A stretch of 64,000 nucleotides of DNA, taken from assembly GCA_044225365.1 (NCBI GenBank), contig JBGAIQ010000010.1, forward strand, positions 1-64,000, read 5' to 3'. Below the pieces are notes generated by a model. The model had not been told where the DNA came from. It saw nothing but the letters and a program-made list of their open reading frames with translations, and made no database searches. Shown piece by piece: positions 42,862-55,248 of the stretch (its first letter is position 1; each line of letters opens with the position of its first letter). Both the position numbers and the translations under genes were made by a program. This stretch comes from Planctomycetota bacterium. Lineage in GTDB: Bacteria > Planctomycetota > B15-G4 > JADJEK01.

Positions 42862-44354
42862 CCACGACGCCGCTCCGAGTGATGAGCACGATCCTCGCCG
42901 CGATCGGCGCCGCGGCGGCTTCGTGCGCCTTCGGTCTTGGCTCGCCGCCGATCGGGGCCGGAATCGCGGGGGCGCTCGTGACCGTTGGCGGTGTCGTCGC
43001 GACGGCGCTGCTCGGTCGCCCCAGCGCGGCGGAGATCGCGCGCTTTCGCGCCCACCTCGAGCAGGCCGCCCCTTCGGCGGGATCGACCTTGGAGCGCACC
43101 GACTCGTTCAGGGGACACGGCGAACCCTTCGACACTCTCGCGCTGATCGCGACCGACGTCATCGCCACATTGCGAGCCGAACTCGAGACCAAGGGAGCCG
43201 ATGCGAGAAGGGCTCGCCTCGCCGCGCGTGGCCTGAAGACCGAGCATGCCGCATTCTCCGCGCTCTTGGACAATCTCGGCGACGGCATCGTCCTGTTCGA
43301 TCCCTCGCACACTCCGGTGATCGCGAATCGCGCAGCGCGACGTTTCTTCGGCCTCCAGGAAGGCACCCACGACGCTCCGTTGCCGAGCGACCTGTCCGCC
43401 GCGATCCCGCGGGCAACGCTCCGCGCTCCGCTCGAACGAGCGCTGAAGTTCGCCGACCCGGAGTCGCGCGCGTCCCGCACGATCGACGCCTCCGACTCGA
43501 AGGAGCGACTCGTCCTGCACGTGCAGTTCCAGGAGATCGCGGATGCGCGCTTCGAGAAGGACGATGCGAGATCGCTCGCGGTCGTGCTGCGCGACGTCAC
43601 GCGAGAGGTGGATCTCGATCGCATGAAGTCCGACTTCGCGTCGAGTGTCTCGCACGAGCTGAAGACGCCGTTGTGCTCGATGCGAGCCTTCCTCGAGATG
43701 CTGATCGATGGCGACATCGAGGGCGAGGAGGCGCAGCGCGAGCACCTGCGCCTCGTGCTCGATCAGACCGATCGACTCACGCGGCTGATCCAGAACCTGC
43801 TGAACCTCTCGCGTCTCGAAGCGGGCATCACCCGCATGGCGCGCGAGCCGATCGCGCTTCCCGATCTCCTGCGTCGAATCGAGGACATCGCAGCGCCCCT
43901 TGCGAGATCGCGGCGCCAGCGACTCGCTTTCGAGGTCTCGTCGTTCCTGCCGACCGTGACGGGGGACGCTTCGTTGCTCGAACAAGGCGTGCTGAACCTC
44001 GTGAGCAACGCAATCAAGTACACGCCCGAGGGCGGCTCGATCCGCGTGGTCGCCGCACTGCTCGGTCGCGAGGTCGAGATCCGCGTGATCGATACCGGCG
44101 TCGGAATTCCGGCATCGGCGCTCGATCTGATCTTCGAGAAGTTCACGAGGATCGAGAACAACGCCGGGCTCAAGGCGACCGGGACCGGACTCGGACTCCC
44201 GCTCGCGCGATTCGTCGCCGAGGCCCACGGCGGTCGGATCAAGGTCTCCTCCGAAGTCGGCAAGGGCAGCGAATTCCGCATGACGCTTCCTCTGCGGCGC
44301 GCGACCGACGACCACGAAGCCGTACTCGTTGGACTGGAAGGAATCGGACGATGA
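42858..44354 (+). CDS. Membrane PAS sensor histidine kinase
   Basis: Two TMs, PAS (LLDNLGDGIVLFD...NRAA), H-box SHELKTPL, NLVSNAIKYT, DTGVGI, GTGLGL. Confidence 0.93.
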   Translation: MTTTPLRVMSTILAAIGAAAASCAFGLGSPPIGAGIAGALVTVGGVVATALLGRPSAAEIARFRAHLEQAAPSAGSTLERTDSFRGHGEPFDTLALIATDVIATLRAELETKGADARRARLAARGLKTEHAAFSALLDNLGDGIVLFDPSHTPVIANRAARRFFGLQEGTHDAPLPSDLSAAIPRATLRAPLERALKFADPESRASRTIDASDSKERLVLHVQFQEIADARFEKDDARSLAVVLRDVTREVDLDRMKSDFASSVSHELKTPLCSMRAFLEMLIDGDIEGEEAQREHLRLVLDQTDRLTRLIQNLLNLSRLEAGITRMAREPIALPDLLRRIEDIAAPLARSRRQRLAFEVSSFLPTVTGDASLLEQGVLNLVSNAIKYTPEGGSIRVVAALLGREVEIRVIDTGVGIPASALDLIFEKFTRIENNAGLKATGTGLGLPLARFVAEAHGGRIKVSSEVGKGSEFRMTLPLRRATDDHEAVLVGLEGIGR

Positions 44355-44785
44355 CCAGCGCTCCACATCCCGGCAAGCCACGAATCCTCGTCGCCGACGA
44401 CGACCCGTCGATCCGTCACGCCGTACGTCTCAAACTCGAGCGCGCGGGCCTCGACGTCGTAGTTGCGGAGGACGGCGAGACTGCCCTTCGCTCCGCCCTC
44501 GAGTGCGAGCCCGACCTCTTCATCCTCGACGTCAGCATGCCGTACATGACGGGTTACGACCTCTGCCGAGAGCTGCGCCGGACCGAGCGCTTCAAGGCGA
44601 GCCCCGTGATCATCCTCACGGCGATGGAGCAAGGCATCGAGGCCGCGCTCGCGGCCGAACTCGGGGTCGTGCGGTTCATGACGAAACCCTTCTCACCGCG
44701 CGAGCTGCTGGAGAACGCACAACAGCTCCTGGCTTCGCCCGACCCGAACAGCCCCGTTGGTACGCCCCTCGGAGGAGCCACGTGA
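44351..44785 (+). CDS. Stand-alone response regulator receiver
   Basis: ILVADDD, PDLFILDVSMP, ILTA, TKPF; no output domain. Confidence 0.92.
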   Translation: MTSAPHPGKPRILVADDDPSIRHAVRLKLERAGLDVVVAEDGETALRSALECEPDLFILDVSMPYMTGYDLCRELRRTERFKASPVIILTAMEQGIEAALAAELGVVRFMTKPFSPRELLENAQQLLASPDPNSPVGTPLGGAT

Positions 44786-45636
44786 ATCGAAGCGAGGATC
44801 TCCAAAGGAACTCGCTGTTCGTGATTCGCGCCGCACTGGTCGGCGCCGCGATCGGCACCCTCCTCGCGATCCTGCTCGAACGCGGGCTTCCCCGCCTGTC
44901 CGCCGCTCTCGTGTGTGCCACGACCACTGCGTGCTACGCCATCGCAACGCGCAATCGGGAGGCCGGTCTCGTACGCCGCCTCGTCGCGCTCGAGAACGAA
45001 TCGCTCGAACTGAGGCGTACCGTCTTCCATCTCAAGAAGGGCTCTCGAGGGCCGAGCGATGAGACGGTGATGCCGGGTGGGCGCGACTCGCGGGAGGCCC
45101 TGCTCGCGGCCACCGTCCTCGCGATCTCCTCCGAGCTGAACGAAACGCGCGTCCTCGAGAGCGCGGCGCGCGGCGTGCTGGCCTCGACCGGCGCGCGCGA
45201 GGTCGCGATCTTCCCCCACGATCGACGTACCGACCGATTCGTACGCGGCTTCGTCGCCCGCGCCGCCGAGTCCCCAGCGGGCGGATTCGATGTCCTTGCG
45301 GCGGTCCCGACGGCCACCGAGGAGCCCGCGATGCGCACGGCATTGAGGCGTCGGCAACGCGTCGGTTCGCACGATGGCGATTCCACGAGCAAGGCGGCGT
45401 TCGACGTCGCCGGCGGCGACCTCGTCGCCGTCGCGCCGCTCTACGATCGCGCCATCACGTGCGGGGTCGTCGTCGTACGTGGCGAGGTCGAACCGCTTCG
45501 CCTCGCGGCGCTCGACGGCATCGCGGCGGCGACGTCGCTCGCGCTCACCAACGCGCGGCTGCGCAGCAGCGTCGCGAGCCACGACGAGGCGCGTGCGGAT
45601 CTTCCTACGAAGGGCAAGGCGGACCTCCATGCGTAG
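44782..45636 (+). CDS. Two-TM GAF-domain protein without output domain
   Basis: GTG after GGAGGAG; two TMs, coiled coil, GAF-like (ISSELNETRVLE...VAVAPL...LALTNARL), then stop. Confidence 0.7.
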   Translation: MNRSEDLQRNSLFVIRAALVGAAIGTLLAILLERGLPRLSAALVCATTTACYAIATRNREAGLVRRLVALENESLELRRTVFHLKKGSRGPSDETVMPGGRDSREALLAATVLAISSELNETRVLESAARGVLASTGAREVAIFPHDRRTDRFVRGFVARAAESPAGGFDVLAAVPTATEEPAMRTALRRRQRVGSHDGDSTSKAAFDVAGGDLVAVAPLYDRAITCGVVVVRGEVEPLRLAALDGIAAATSLALTNARLRSSVASHDEARADLPTKGKADLHA

Positions 45637-45972
45637 CCCCGAAGAACGCATCGGCCAGGTCGTCGTGTTGAGGCTCGACCATCCGATCGACCGCGATCAC
45701 GTTCGCGAACTCGAATCCTGGACGAAGGAGAAACTGCGCGCCGGCGAACGCCTCCTCGTGTGGCATTGCGGCAAGACGCTCTTCTTCGACAGCGTCGGCC
45801 TCGAAGCCGTCCTCGCGATCACTCGCGAGGCCGCGGCGCAGAGTGCACGCTTCGCCCTTTGCAACCTCAACGCCGATTGCTCGACGACGCTGCGCGTCAC
45901 GCGACTCGAGCGCGCGATCGAACACTACCTGACCCTCGAGGACGCGCTGAAGGCCCTGCGCGGGAGGGCTGC

Positions 45973-45976
<4 letters not shown>
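45629..45976 (+). CDS. STAS domain protein (anti-sigma factor antagonist-like)
   Basis: VVVLRLDHPID, FFDSVGLEAVL with phosphorylatable Ser, LRVTRL. Confidence 0.85.
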
Positions 45977-47705
<1,729 letters not shown>

Positions 47706-47709
<4 letters not shown>

Positions 47710-48965
47710 ATCGTGAAGACCCGCCGTTCGCGCGTTCGTCGACGCGACCGCTGCCGCGTCTCGATGCCATGCATCGACGACCGGTCCCGGCCGCGACGGC
47801 GGAGCTTCGGGCGCTCGCAAACGTCCGTCACGGCGCTCAGATCCTGAAGGACAAGGCCGGCGCCCGGAACGACGATTCGACGAGCGGACTCCTCCACCAA
47901 ACCACCGAGACCCGAGCCGTCCCGGGTCCCATCCGCCCGCGCGACAAGCTCTTCTTCTTCGCCCAGCTCTCGGTGATGATCGGCGCGGGCGTACCGATCG
48001 CGGTCGCCCTCGAGGGCATCGCGCGTCAGAGCGATCGATTGCGCCTGCGAAAGGTGCTCCTCGCGGTCCTCGCGCACGTCGAGGACGGCGGCTCCTTGTC
48101 GTCGGGCCTCGCGAACCACCCCGCGATCTTCGAGTCGCAAGCCATCCAACTCGTGCATGCCGGCGAGACGTGCGGCGATCTACCGACCATGCTGACGCGC
48201 ATCTGTCGCCTCCTGGAGCGCGACTACGAGATGCGCAAGAAGCTGAAGTCTGCGCTCACCTATCCACTCGTGATGGTCGCGCTCGCGATCACCACGATCG
48301 GATTTCTCTTCGGCTTCATCCTCCCGCGTTTCCGCACCCTCTACGCGGGCCGCGAGAACGTCTTGCCGAAACCCACCAAGCTGCTCATGGCCGCCGGCGA
48401 TTTCGTCGCCGCCTATTGGATGGTCCTCGCAGGAATCGCCGTCGTCCTGATCACCGCCGCGATCGTCTTCGCGCGCTCCGAACGCGGGAAGACGATCCTC
48501 GATCGGACCGCGCTCTTCCTGCCGATCGTCGGCAACGTGCTGCGTCGCTTCTCGCTCGCCCGCTCGGTGCGCACGCTCGGAGCGCTGCTCCACGGCGGCG
48601 TGCCGATCGTCTCGGCACTCGAGATCGCCCGCGATCTCGCGAGCAATCGGACCCTGCGCGACAGTTGGGAGTACGTGCGATTGCGGGTGAAGGACGGCGG
48701 ACGCATCTACGAGGGCATGGCGGGTCAGGAGTGGTTCCCCGGAACCCTCGTGCAGATGACGGCAATGGGCGAGTCGAGCGGTGCTCTCGAGTCGGTCCTG
48801 GTCCAGGTCGGCGAGTTCTACGACCGCGAGGCCGAGGTCGCCGTCGCCGATGCCACCGCGCTGCTCGAGCCCCTGATGGTCGTCGTCGTCGGTGTCGTCG
48901 TCGGCTTCATCGCGATGTCGATCATGCTCCCGATCTTCAACGTCACGAAGCTGGTGCATCACTGA
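47706..48965 (+). CDS. PilC/GspF/MshG platform protein
   Basis: QLSVMIGAGVP, AGETCGDL, ALTYP, GESSGALE, LLEPLM; start uncertain (TTG 47706 or ATG 47769). Confidence 0.93.
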
Positions 48966-48966
48966 C

Positions 48967-50154
48967 ATGGCTCGCACGACGAAAAACCCCGGGCGCAGGT
49001 CGCAGGAGAACCGTGATCGCGGATTCTCCGCCGCCGAGATGTTGCTCGTCGTCGCTCTGTCCGGAGTCGTCTTCGTCGGGCTCGCGGCGTTGATCGACGT
49101 CCCGCAGAGGATGGCGGAGCGCGAGAATCATGGCACGCCCTCCATCGCGAGCGCCGACACCGCACTCGCGACGCTCGACCAGGACGTGCGCTACGCCACG
49201 ACCGTTCGCGTTCCGAGCGCGACGCGCGTCGAAGCGGATCAGGCCGACGGCCGCACGATCGCCTGGGAGATCGTCGGTGGAGCAGAGAAGGTGCTCGAGC
49301 GCACGGCCGACGGCTCGACCGTACCGATCCTCCGCAACATCGCGGCAGGTTCGTTCGCTCTCGAGACCGCCCGGACGGTCCGCCGGCACGACGAGTCACG
49401 CGCCCTCGCGACGGCGGCCGTGTCCGTCGCATCGTTCAATGCTTTCGCCTTGCGCTCTGGTTACGCATTCGGTGCAGGTGGCCGCGGAGTGACGGGAGTC
49501 TCGGTCGTATCGGGTCAGAACGACATCGACTCCGTTCATACGGTTGGGATCTACTTCGCCCCGGGTTCGCTCGGCGGTGATCGCGGCGTGCCGACCGCGA
49601 TTCGCCTCAAACTCCAGCGCAACGGCTCCGAGGATCTCTTGCTGCAGATCTTCGAAGCGAGTCCAACCACGCGCCTTCCGAATCGCTCGGTGATCGTCGC
49701 GAATGGGCGCCTCTACAATCGTCAGATCCCGCTCGCACTCTCCGACGTCTCCGTACCGCTCGCGATGACGAAGAAGCTCGATCCGAGCAAGTCGTACTTC
49801 GTCGAGATGCACGCGCGCGGCGGCGCCGCGGCGAAGATCGACACGCAGACGCTGTCGGTTCCAGCCGCGGCGCAATCGGCTGCGAGTACGTTCTTCTACT
49901 CGAACGATGGCGGCACGAGTTACGCGGCGCTCGGCTCGAGCAACGACGCGAGTCAGACTCGCTTCACGTTCGACGCCTTGAAGGTCTCCATCACCACGGC
50001 TCCGGACGACGCCGACGGGCTTCCACCGGGATTCGACGCGGTCGACGTCGGAATCGGCGTCGTCCTCCACTTCACATTGTCGACCGCGGAGGGACCCGAG
50101 TCACTCGCGACCACCGTTCCGATCGTCAACAACCTTCCGATCGTGAACCCCTAG
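48967..50154 (+). CDS. Large minor pilin (PilW/GspJ-like) with C-terminal beta-rich domain
   Basis: DRG|FSAAEMLLVVALSGVVF. Confidence 0.78.
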   Translation: MARTTKNPGRRSQENRDRGFSAAEMLLVVALSGVVFVGLAALIDVPQRMAERENHGTPSIASADTALATLDQDVRYATTVRVPSATRVEADQADGRTIAWEIVGGAEKVLERTADGSTVPILRNIAAGSFALETARTVRRHDESRALATAAVSVASFNAFALRSGYAFGAGGRGVTGVSVVSGQNDIDSVHTVGIYFAPGSLGGDRGVPTAIRLKLQRNGSEDLLLQIFEASPTTRLPNRSVIVANGRLYNRQIPLALSDVSVPLAMTKKLDPSKSYFVEMHARGGAAAKIDTQTLSVPAAAQSAASTFFYSNDGGTSYAALGSSNDASQTRFTFDALKVSITTAPDDADGLPPGFDAVDVGIGVVLHFTLSTAEGPESLATTVPIVNNLPIVNP

Positions 50155-50168
50155 GTGGATGGTCTCAC

Positions 50169-51332
50169 ATGAAACCGCGGCGCGAACACGGCTCGGCGCT
50201 CATCCTCGCCCTCCTCATCTCGGCCTCCGCCGCGATCGCCGGGATGTGGATGGTGCTCACCACCGATCTGCGCGCGCGCGCGAATCGTTACCTCGCCCGC
50301 GCCGCCGACTCGACGCGCAACGCCGAGAGCGGACTCGAGATCGCGCGCGTCGAGCTCGGCAAGGACGCGGGATGGAGCGGGATCACGTGTGGCCTCGGCG
50401 CGAGTGATGCCGGGGAGGTCACGGTCCTCGCGACACCCGCCGGTGTGTATCGCTCGTCGGTGCACTCCATCGGCAAGCTCGGCGAGACGCTGCAGTCGAT
50501 CACCGCCGAGTTGCGCGCCCCGGCCCATGCGTCGCTCTCGTTCAACGTGGTCTCCGCCAGTACGATCACGATCGACGATGCGGTGCTTGGCGGCCACCTG
50601 CGCGCCAACGGCTCGGTGATCGCGACGGGCGACGTCTCCTTCAACGGCACTTTGGAGACCTCGACGGGTTCGACCGTCACGAGCGCGATTCCCTCGTCGC
50701 AGGTCGCCTACGTGTCCTCCGCGATCGCGCCGCCGACGGTCGACATCAACGGTCTCGCCGCCCGGTGCACGCCGCTCGTCGGTGTCCCCTACTCGGCGGC
50801 CGACCAGGCCCTGCTCATCGAGCGCGTCCGCCTCTCCCCCGCGTCCGATCCCTATGGCGGCGTCAATGCCGCGGGCGCCTACGTTCTCGATGCCGGAGGC
50901 AAGGCCGTCGTGCTGCGCGACTCGTGCATCGTGGGAATGTTGATCGTGACGGATGCGGCCGTCGTGCGGGTCGAGAACGCATACCGACACGAGCGCGCCG
51001 ATGCCTCGCTGCCATCCCTCCTCGCCGATTGCGACCTCGAGCTGCGTGCGTGCGGCACGCTCGACGAGGCCGCGCTCCAGGTCGACATGAACGGCGACGG
51101 CGACATGTCCGACGTCCTTCCCTCGGAGCTCGACGGAATCGTCCTGTCGAAGGGCAAACTCACGCTCGCGTCCACCGCGATCGTGAAGGGCGTCGCGATG
51201 GGACAGACCGTGGCGATCGGCAGCGCGCCGACGCTGACGGACGAAGCGCAGCTCGCGACGACCCCGGTGCGCGAGTTCATCGCCGCCGGAGCCTTCGAGA
51301 TCGTCGCCGGCAGCGTCGGAGATCAGGGATGA
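50169..51332 (+). CDS. PilX-like minor pilin with beta-helix-like C-terminal region
   Basis: EHG|SALILALLI (no Glu5), NAESGLE, repetitive G-x-hydrophobic beta strands, DMNGDGD Ca-binding-like motif. Confidence 0.75.
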   Translation: MKPRREHGSALILALLISASAAIAGMWMVLTTDLRARANRYLARAADSTRNAESGLEIARVELGKDAGWSGITCGLGASDAGEVTVLATPAGVYRSSVHSIGKLGETLQSITAELRAPAHASLSFNVVSASTITIDDAVLGGHLRANGSVIATGDVSFNGTLETSTGSTVTSAIPSSQVAYVSSAIAPPTVDINGLAARCTPLVGVPYSAADQALLIERVRLSPASDPYGGVNAAGAYVLDAGGKAVVLRDSCIVGMLIVTDAAVVRVENAYRHERADASLPSLLADCDLELRACGTLDEAALQVDMNGDGDMSDVLPSELDGIVLSKGKLTLASTAIVKGVAMGQTVAIGSAPTLTDEAQLATTPVREFIAAGAFEIVAGSVGDQG

Positions 51333-52969
51333 CCCCCGATCGACCCCGCCTGCGGATGAACTCGGTGCTCTCGCATCGAGTGGCGAATCGGAGCTCCGAG
51401 ATCGAGAAGCTCTCCGACGATCTCGGCGAGGCGTACGAACAACTCACGTTGATCTACAAGACGGTGCGCCACCTCGGGGCATCGTTCGAGCTCGATCCCA
51501 TCGCTCGCCAACTGGTCGACCGCGCGCTCGAGGCTGCACCCGCGACCTCCGCGGCGCTCTACCTCGCCGACGGTCGGACGAAGAACGGCTTCGAGATCGT
51601 GGCGTCGCGCGGAGTCCCCATCCCGAAACTGGCGAGCGGGTCCGTCGAACGCCTCGCGTCCGCGTCGATCCCCCAGTTCCTCTCCGGCGAACTCGCGCGG
51701 ACCGAACTCGATCCCAGCATCTCCGGTACGTGCGAGCACCTGCTCGCCGCGCCGCTCGAAGCTGGCGGGCGAACGCTCGGGCTGCTCGTGATCCTGCGCG
51801 CCGATTCGAAGCGATTCACCACGGTCGAAGCCAAGCTCCTCGGCGCGCTGTGCAACGTGACCGCGGTCGCGGTCGCGAACTGGCAGCACTATCGTGCGAT
51901 CCAGAACGAGCGCGAGATGCTCTACGGTGTCATTCGCGAGATCGGCGACGGCATCATCATCGCCAACGAGCACTGGACCGCACGCCACACCAATCAAGCC
52001 GCGCGACGCCTGCTCGGCGTGACTCGAAGCGACGAGGAATACGACGCGCTGTGGAAATTGCGCGCTTTCCGTCTCTCGGTTCCCGAGTCCGAGTTGCGCG
52101 AGGGCGCAGCAGCGACCCTGGAGTTTCGCGCGGATTCGCCCGATCCACGACGCCCGCTGTCGCTCGCCTGCCGCGTGTTCCGGGCCCAGTTCGGCGCCGC
52201 CGCGGAGCCGGTCCTCGTCCTGCAACTGCGGGACGTCACCCGCGAGCGCAGCGAGGCCGAGGCGCAGCGCGACTTCATGTCGCTCGCATCGCACAAACTG
52301 CGAACTCCCCTCACCAAGATCGAAGGCCTGTTGCCGATCCTCGGCGATCGCACCGCTTCCGCGGAGGTCGCGAGCGACGCCGTCGAAGGCGTCCACTCCG
52401 GCGCGCGCGAGCTCGCCGCGTTGATCGACGGCATCCTCGAGTTCGTCGAGTATCGACGCACCGATCACGCGCAGGAGGAGGTCGCCCTGCCACCGATCGT
52501 CGCCGATGCCATCGCACGAGTCATCGAACGGCGTGGTTGCGGCCCCGCCGTCAACGTCACCGTCGCGGACGGAGTGCCGCGAGTCCTTGGGTCCGCGCGG
52601 ATGCTCCGCCGCCTCGTCGAGAGCCTCGTCGACAACGCGATGAAATTCTCGCCGCAAGGAGCGTCTCCGATCGAGGTCCGACTCGATCCGCTGCTCGAGA
52701 AGGGCGGCGAACCCTGCGGGGTCCTGCTCGTCGTCCGCGATCACGGCGAAGGCATGACTCCCGAACTCCTGGAGCGCGCGTTCTTGCCGTTCTCCCAGCG
52801 CGATCTCGGATTCACGGGTCAGGACGATGGCGCCGGACTCGGACTGCTCCTCGCGCGCGAGATCGCGAATCGTCACGGCGGACGTCTCTACGCGACGAGC
52901 GAACTCGGCAACGGCTCGGTGTTCTTCGCCGAACTCGACGCGCGCGGTTTCGTCGGAGTCACCTCGTGA
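51329..52969 (+). CDS. Cytoplasmic GAF-PAS histidine kinase-like protein with atypical H-box
   Basis: GAF (LLAAPLEAGGRTLGLL), PAS (IGDGIII...NQAA), SHKLRTPL, DNAMKF, DHGEGM, GAGLGL. Confidence 0.88.
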   Translation: MTPDRPRLRMNSVLSHRVANRSSEIEKLSDDLGEAYEQLTLIYKTVRHLGASFELDPIARQLVDRALEAAPATSAALYLADGRTKNGFEIVASRGVPIPKLASGSVERLASASIPQFLSGELARTELDPSISGTCEHLLAAPLEAGGRTLGLLVILRADSKRFTTVEAKLLGALCNVTAVAVANWQHYRAIQNEREMLYGVIREIGDGIIIANEHWTARHTNQAARRLLGVTRSDEEYDALWKLRAFRLSVPESELREGAAATLEFRADSPDPRRPLSLACRVFRAQFGAAAEPVLVLQLRDVTRERSEAEAQRDFMSLASHKLRTPLTKIEGLLPILGDRTASAEVASDAVEGVHSGARELAALIDGILEFVEYRRTDHAQEEVALPPIVADAIARVIERRGCGPAVNVTVADGVPRVLGSARMLRRLVESLVDNAMKFSPQGASPIEVRLDPLLEKGGEPCGVLLVVRDHGEGMTPELLERAFLPFSQRDLGFTGQDDGAGLGLLLAREIANRHGGRLYATSELGNGSVFFAELDARGFVGVTS

Positions 52970-53451
52970 AGGAACGAGGCGAGGCCGGATTCACGCTCGT
53001 CGAGGTGCTCTTGATGATCCTGATCGGGATCATCCTCGCGGGGGCCGCGCTGCCGAACATCGGCACGCTCGCCGATCTCGAGGTCTCGGCCGACGCTCGC
53101 GTGCTGGCGGCGGACATGGAGTTCGCACGAGCGAGGGCGCTCGCGACCTCGCAACCGCACCGTTTGTCCTTCGACACCACGCTCGAGCGCTACGCCGTCG
53201 AATCGCCAGTGGGAACTCCCCTGCTCGAACCTCTCGGCAAGCAACCCTGGGTACGAATGCTCTCGCCGTCCCCCGGTGCGGGCGGGGGAACCGACATCGT
53301 CTCGGCCGATTTCGCTGGAGCGCCTCACCTCGACTTCGATCCCGCGGGGCGCCCGCTCGCGGCGGGCACGGTCGTCCTCCATCGCGGAGCGTTCTCCGCG
53401 AGCGTGAGCATCGCCGCCGTGACGGGCGAGGTCTCCCTCGAACTGCCTTGA
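52966..53451 (+). CDS. FimT/GspH-like minor pilin
   Basis: GTGA coupling; EAG|FTLVEVLL; ADMEFARARALA; FDPAGRP. Confidence 0.88.
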   Translation: MKERGEAGFTLVEVLLMILIGIILAGAALPNIGTLADLEVSADARVLAADMEFARARALATSQPHRLSFDTTLERYAVESPVGTPLLEPLGKQPWVRMLSPSPGAGGGTDIVSADFAGAPHLDFDPAGRPLAAGTVVLHRGAFSASVSIAAVTGEVSLELP

Positions 53452-53577
53452 ACTTCGCCGCGGCCAACAAGTCCGCCCCCACTGTTCACGGTCCCGGGGC
53501 GAGAGGTTACTATGGGCCGCATCGAGGCTAACCGCCTCCGACCCGCGGTGACCCTCTCGAGAGAACAGGCCCCGTCG

Positions 53578-54645
53578 ATGCAATCCCTTCCGACCCGCTC
53601 GCCTTCGCCCACCGATCGCCGATTCCACGGACTCAAGGTCGCGACCCTTGCGATGGCGACCGCGCTCCTCGGCCTCTCGGCGTGCAGTTCCCTGAACGAC
53701 GCCGAACAGACCGAGCTCGACTTGTACAAGCAGCGCAGCAAGGAGTACTACAGCGCGGGGTACTACGATCGCGCCGTCGATCAGTGCCGTCGCGGCCTCC
53801 TCATCGAGCCGGATGCCCAGACGCTTCTCCAAGTCTTGGGAATGGCGTTGCTCAAGCAAACCGATCCCGCGAACTCCTACGACCAGCGGCTCCAAGAAGC
53901 GGCGTCCTACCTCGAGCAGGCGATCGATTCGGAGGACGAGTTCGACTACCGCAATCGCACGGCGCTCGGTGAGGTGCTGACGCGCCTCGTGGCGATTCGC
54001 CTCAACATGATCGACTCGGTCGCCGCTTCGACCACGATCCCCGAGGCCGACAAGCAACAACAGCTCGCGAAGCTCCGCGAGAACGTCGACAAGCGCGCGA
54101 CGCGCGCCGCGGAAGTGCTGCGCGAAGTCCTCGATCAACCGAAGACGAAGGACAACGACTTCGCACTCTCCACGCTCGCCCGCCTCAAGAGCCAAACGCA
54201 CGAATACGCGATCGCGGACGAGTTGCTCGCTCGCCTCGATTCGGTGCTCACACGCTCGATCCATCTGCGGAGCAAGCAACTCGACATCGAGAACTGGCCC
54301 GCCGAGGTGCGCATGGCGGTGCACACCGAGATCGATCATCTGAAGCAGGTGCGCATCGACGCGCTCAAGCTCCATACCAGCGTCCTGAAGAAGCTCGGTC
54401 GCGACGAGGACGTCATCACGACCTACGGTCAGATCGAGTCCGAGATCGCGATGCAGCCCGCGGACTACTTCAACCGTGCTTCCACCCACGAGAAGCTGGG
54501 TCACGTGGATCAGGCGATCGCCGACTACGACAAGTTCATCACGCTCGCCGCGTCCGCGGGCTCGGGGCTCACCGAGTCCGTGCGCTCGGCGATGGACAAG
54601 AAGGCGGAGCTGGTCCTGAAGAAGCGCATGCCGGGCACGCCCTGA
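53578..54645 (+). CDS. TPR lipoprotein
   Basis: Lipobox LGLSAC; N- and C-terminal TPRs ([21 protein letters not shown]); start may be 53512. Confidence 0.72.
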   Translation: MQSLPTRSPSPTDRRFHGLKVATLAMATALLGLSACSSLNDAEQTELDLYKQRSKEYYSAGYYDRAVDQCRRGLLIEPDAQTLLQVLGMALLKQTDPANSYDQRLQEAASYLEQAIDSEDEFDYRNRTALGEVLTRLVAIRLNMIDSVAASTTIPEADKQQQLAKLRENVDKRATRAAEVLREVLDQPKTKDNDFALSTLARLKSQTHEYAIADELLARLDSVLTRSIHLRSKQLDIENWPAEVRMAVHTEIDHLKQVRIDALKLHTSVLKKLGRDEDVITTYGQIESEIAMQPADYFNRASTHEKLGHVDQAIADYDKFITLAASAGSGLTESVRSAMDKKAELVLKKRMPGTP

Positions 54646-55034
54646 TGACGGAAACGGCGCCGCGGCGCGAGTCGAAACGCACCTATCCGAAGCAAGCACG
54701 GGTCACCCGGCGCGCCGAGTTCGATCTTGCATTCGATCGCGGGCGGCGGGCGAGTTCGTCCGCGGCGCTGCTTCTCGCGCGACGAAACGAGTTGCCGCTC
54801 TCCCGGATCGGGATCTCGATCGGACGCAAGTTCGGCAACTCCGTCGAGCGCAACCGCGCAAAGCGCCTGCTGCGCGAGGCGTTCCGCTTCGAGCGGTCGA
54901 CCTTGCCCCCGGGATTCGACTACATCGTCGTCCCCCGCTCCGAGTTCCCCGATCATTTGGACGGTGTGCGCGCGATGCTCGTCGCGCTCATCGCGCGCGC
55001 GACGAGCGAACGTCCGGGCAAGAAGCCGACGTGA
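54645..55034 (+). CDS. rnpA: Ribonuclease P protein component
   Basis: [28 protein letters not shown] (RNR motif). Confidence 0.95.
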   Translation: MTETAPRRESKRTYPKQARVTRRAEFDLAFDRGRRASSSAALLLARRNELPLSRIGISIGRKFGNSVERNRAKRLLREAFRFERSTLPPGFDYIVVPRSEFPDHLDGVRAMLVALIARATSERPGKKPT

Positions 55035-55240
55035 AGTCCGTCCTGCTCGCGGTGATCCGTTTCTATCAGCGGGCCATCTCGCCCTGGAGCGGGCCGGTGT
55101 GCCGCTTCTCCCCGACGTGCTCGCAGTACACCCTCGAAGCGATCACGAAGTACGGCGCACTCCGCGGCGCATGGCTCGCCGTGAAGCGCATCGGCCGCTG
55201 CCACCCGTTCTCACGGGGCGGCTACGATCCGATCCCCTGA
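55031..55240 (+). CDS. yidD: Membrane protein insertion efficiency factor YidD
   Basis: [30 protein letters not shown]. Confidence 0.96.
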   Translation: MKSVLLAVIRFYQRAISPWSGPVCRFSPTCSQYTLEAITKYGALRGAWLAVKRIGRCHPFSRGGYDPIP

Positions 55241-55248
55241 CACCGTGC

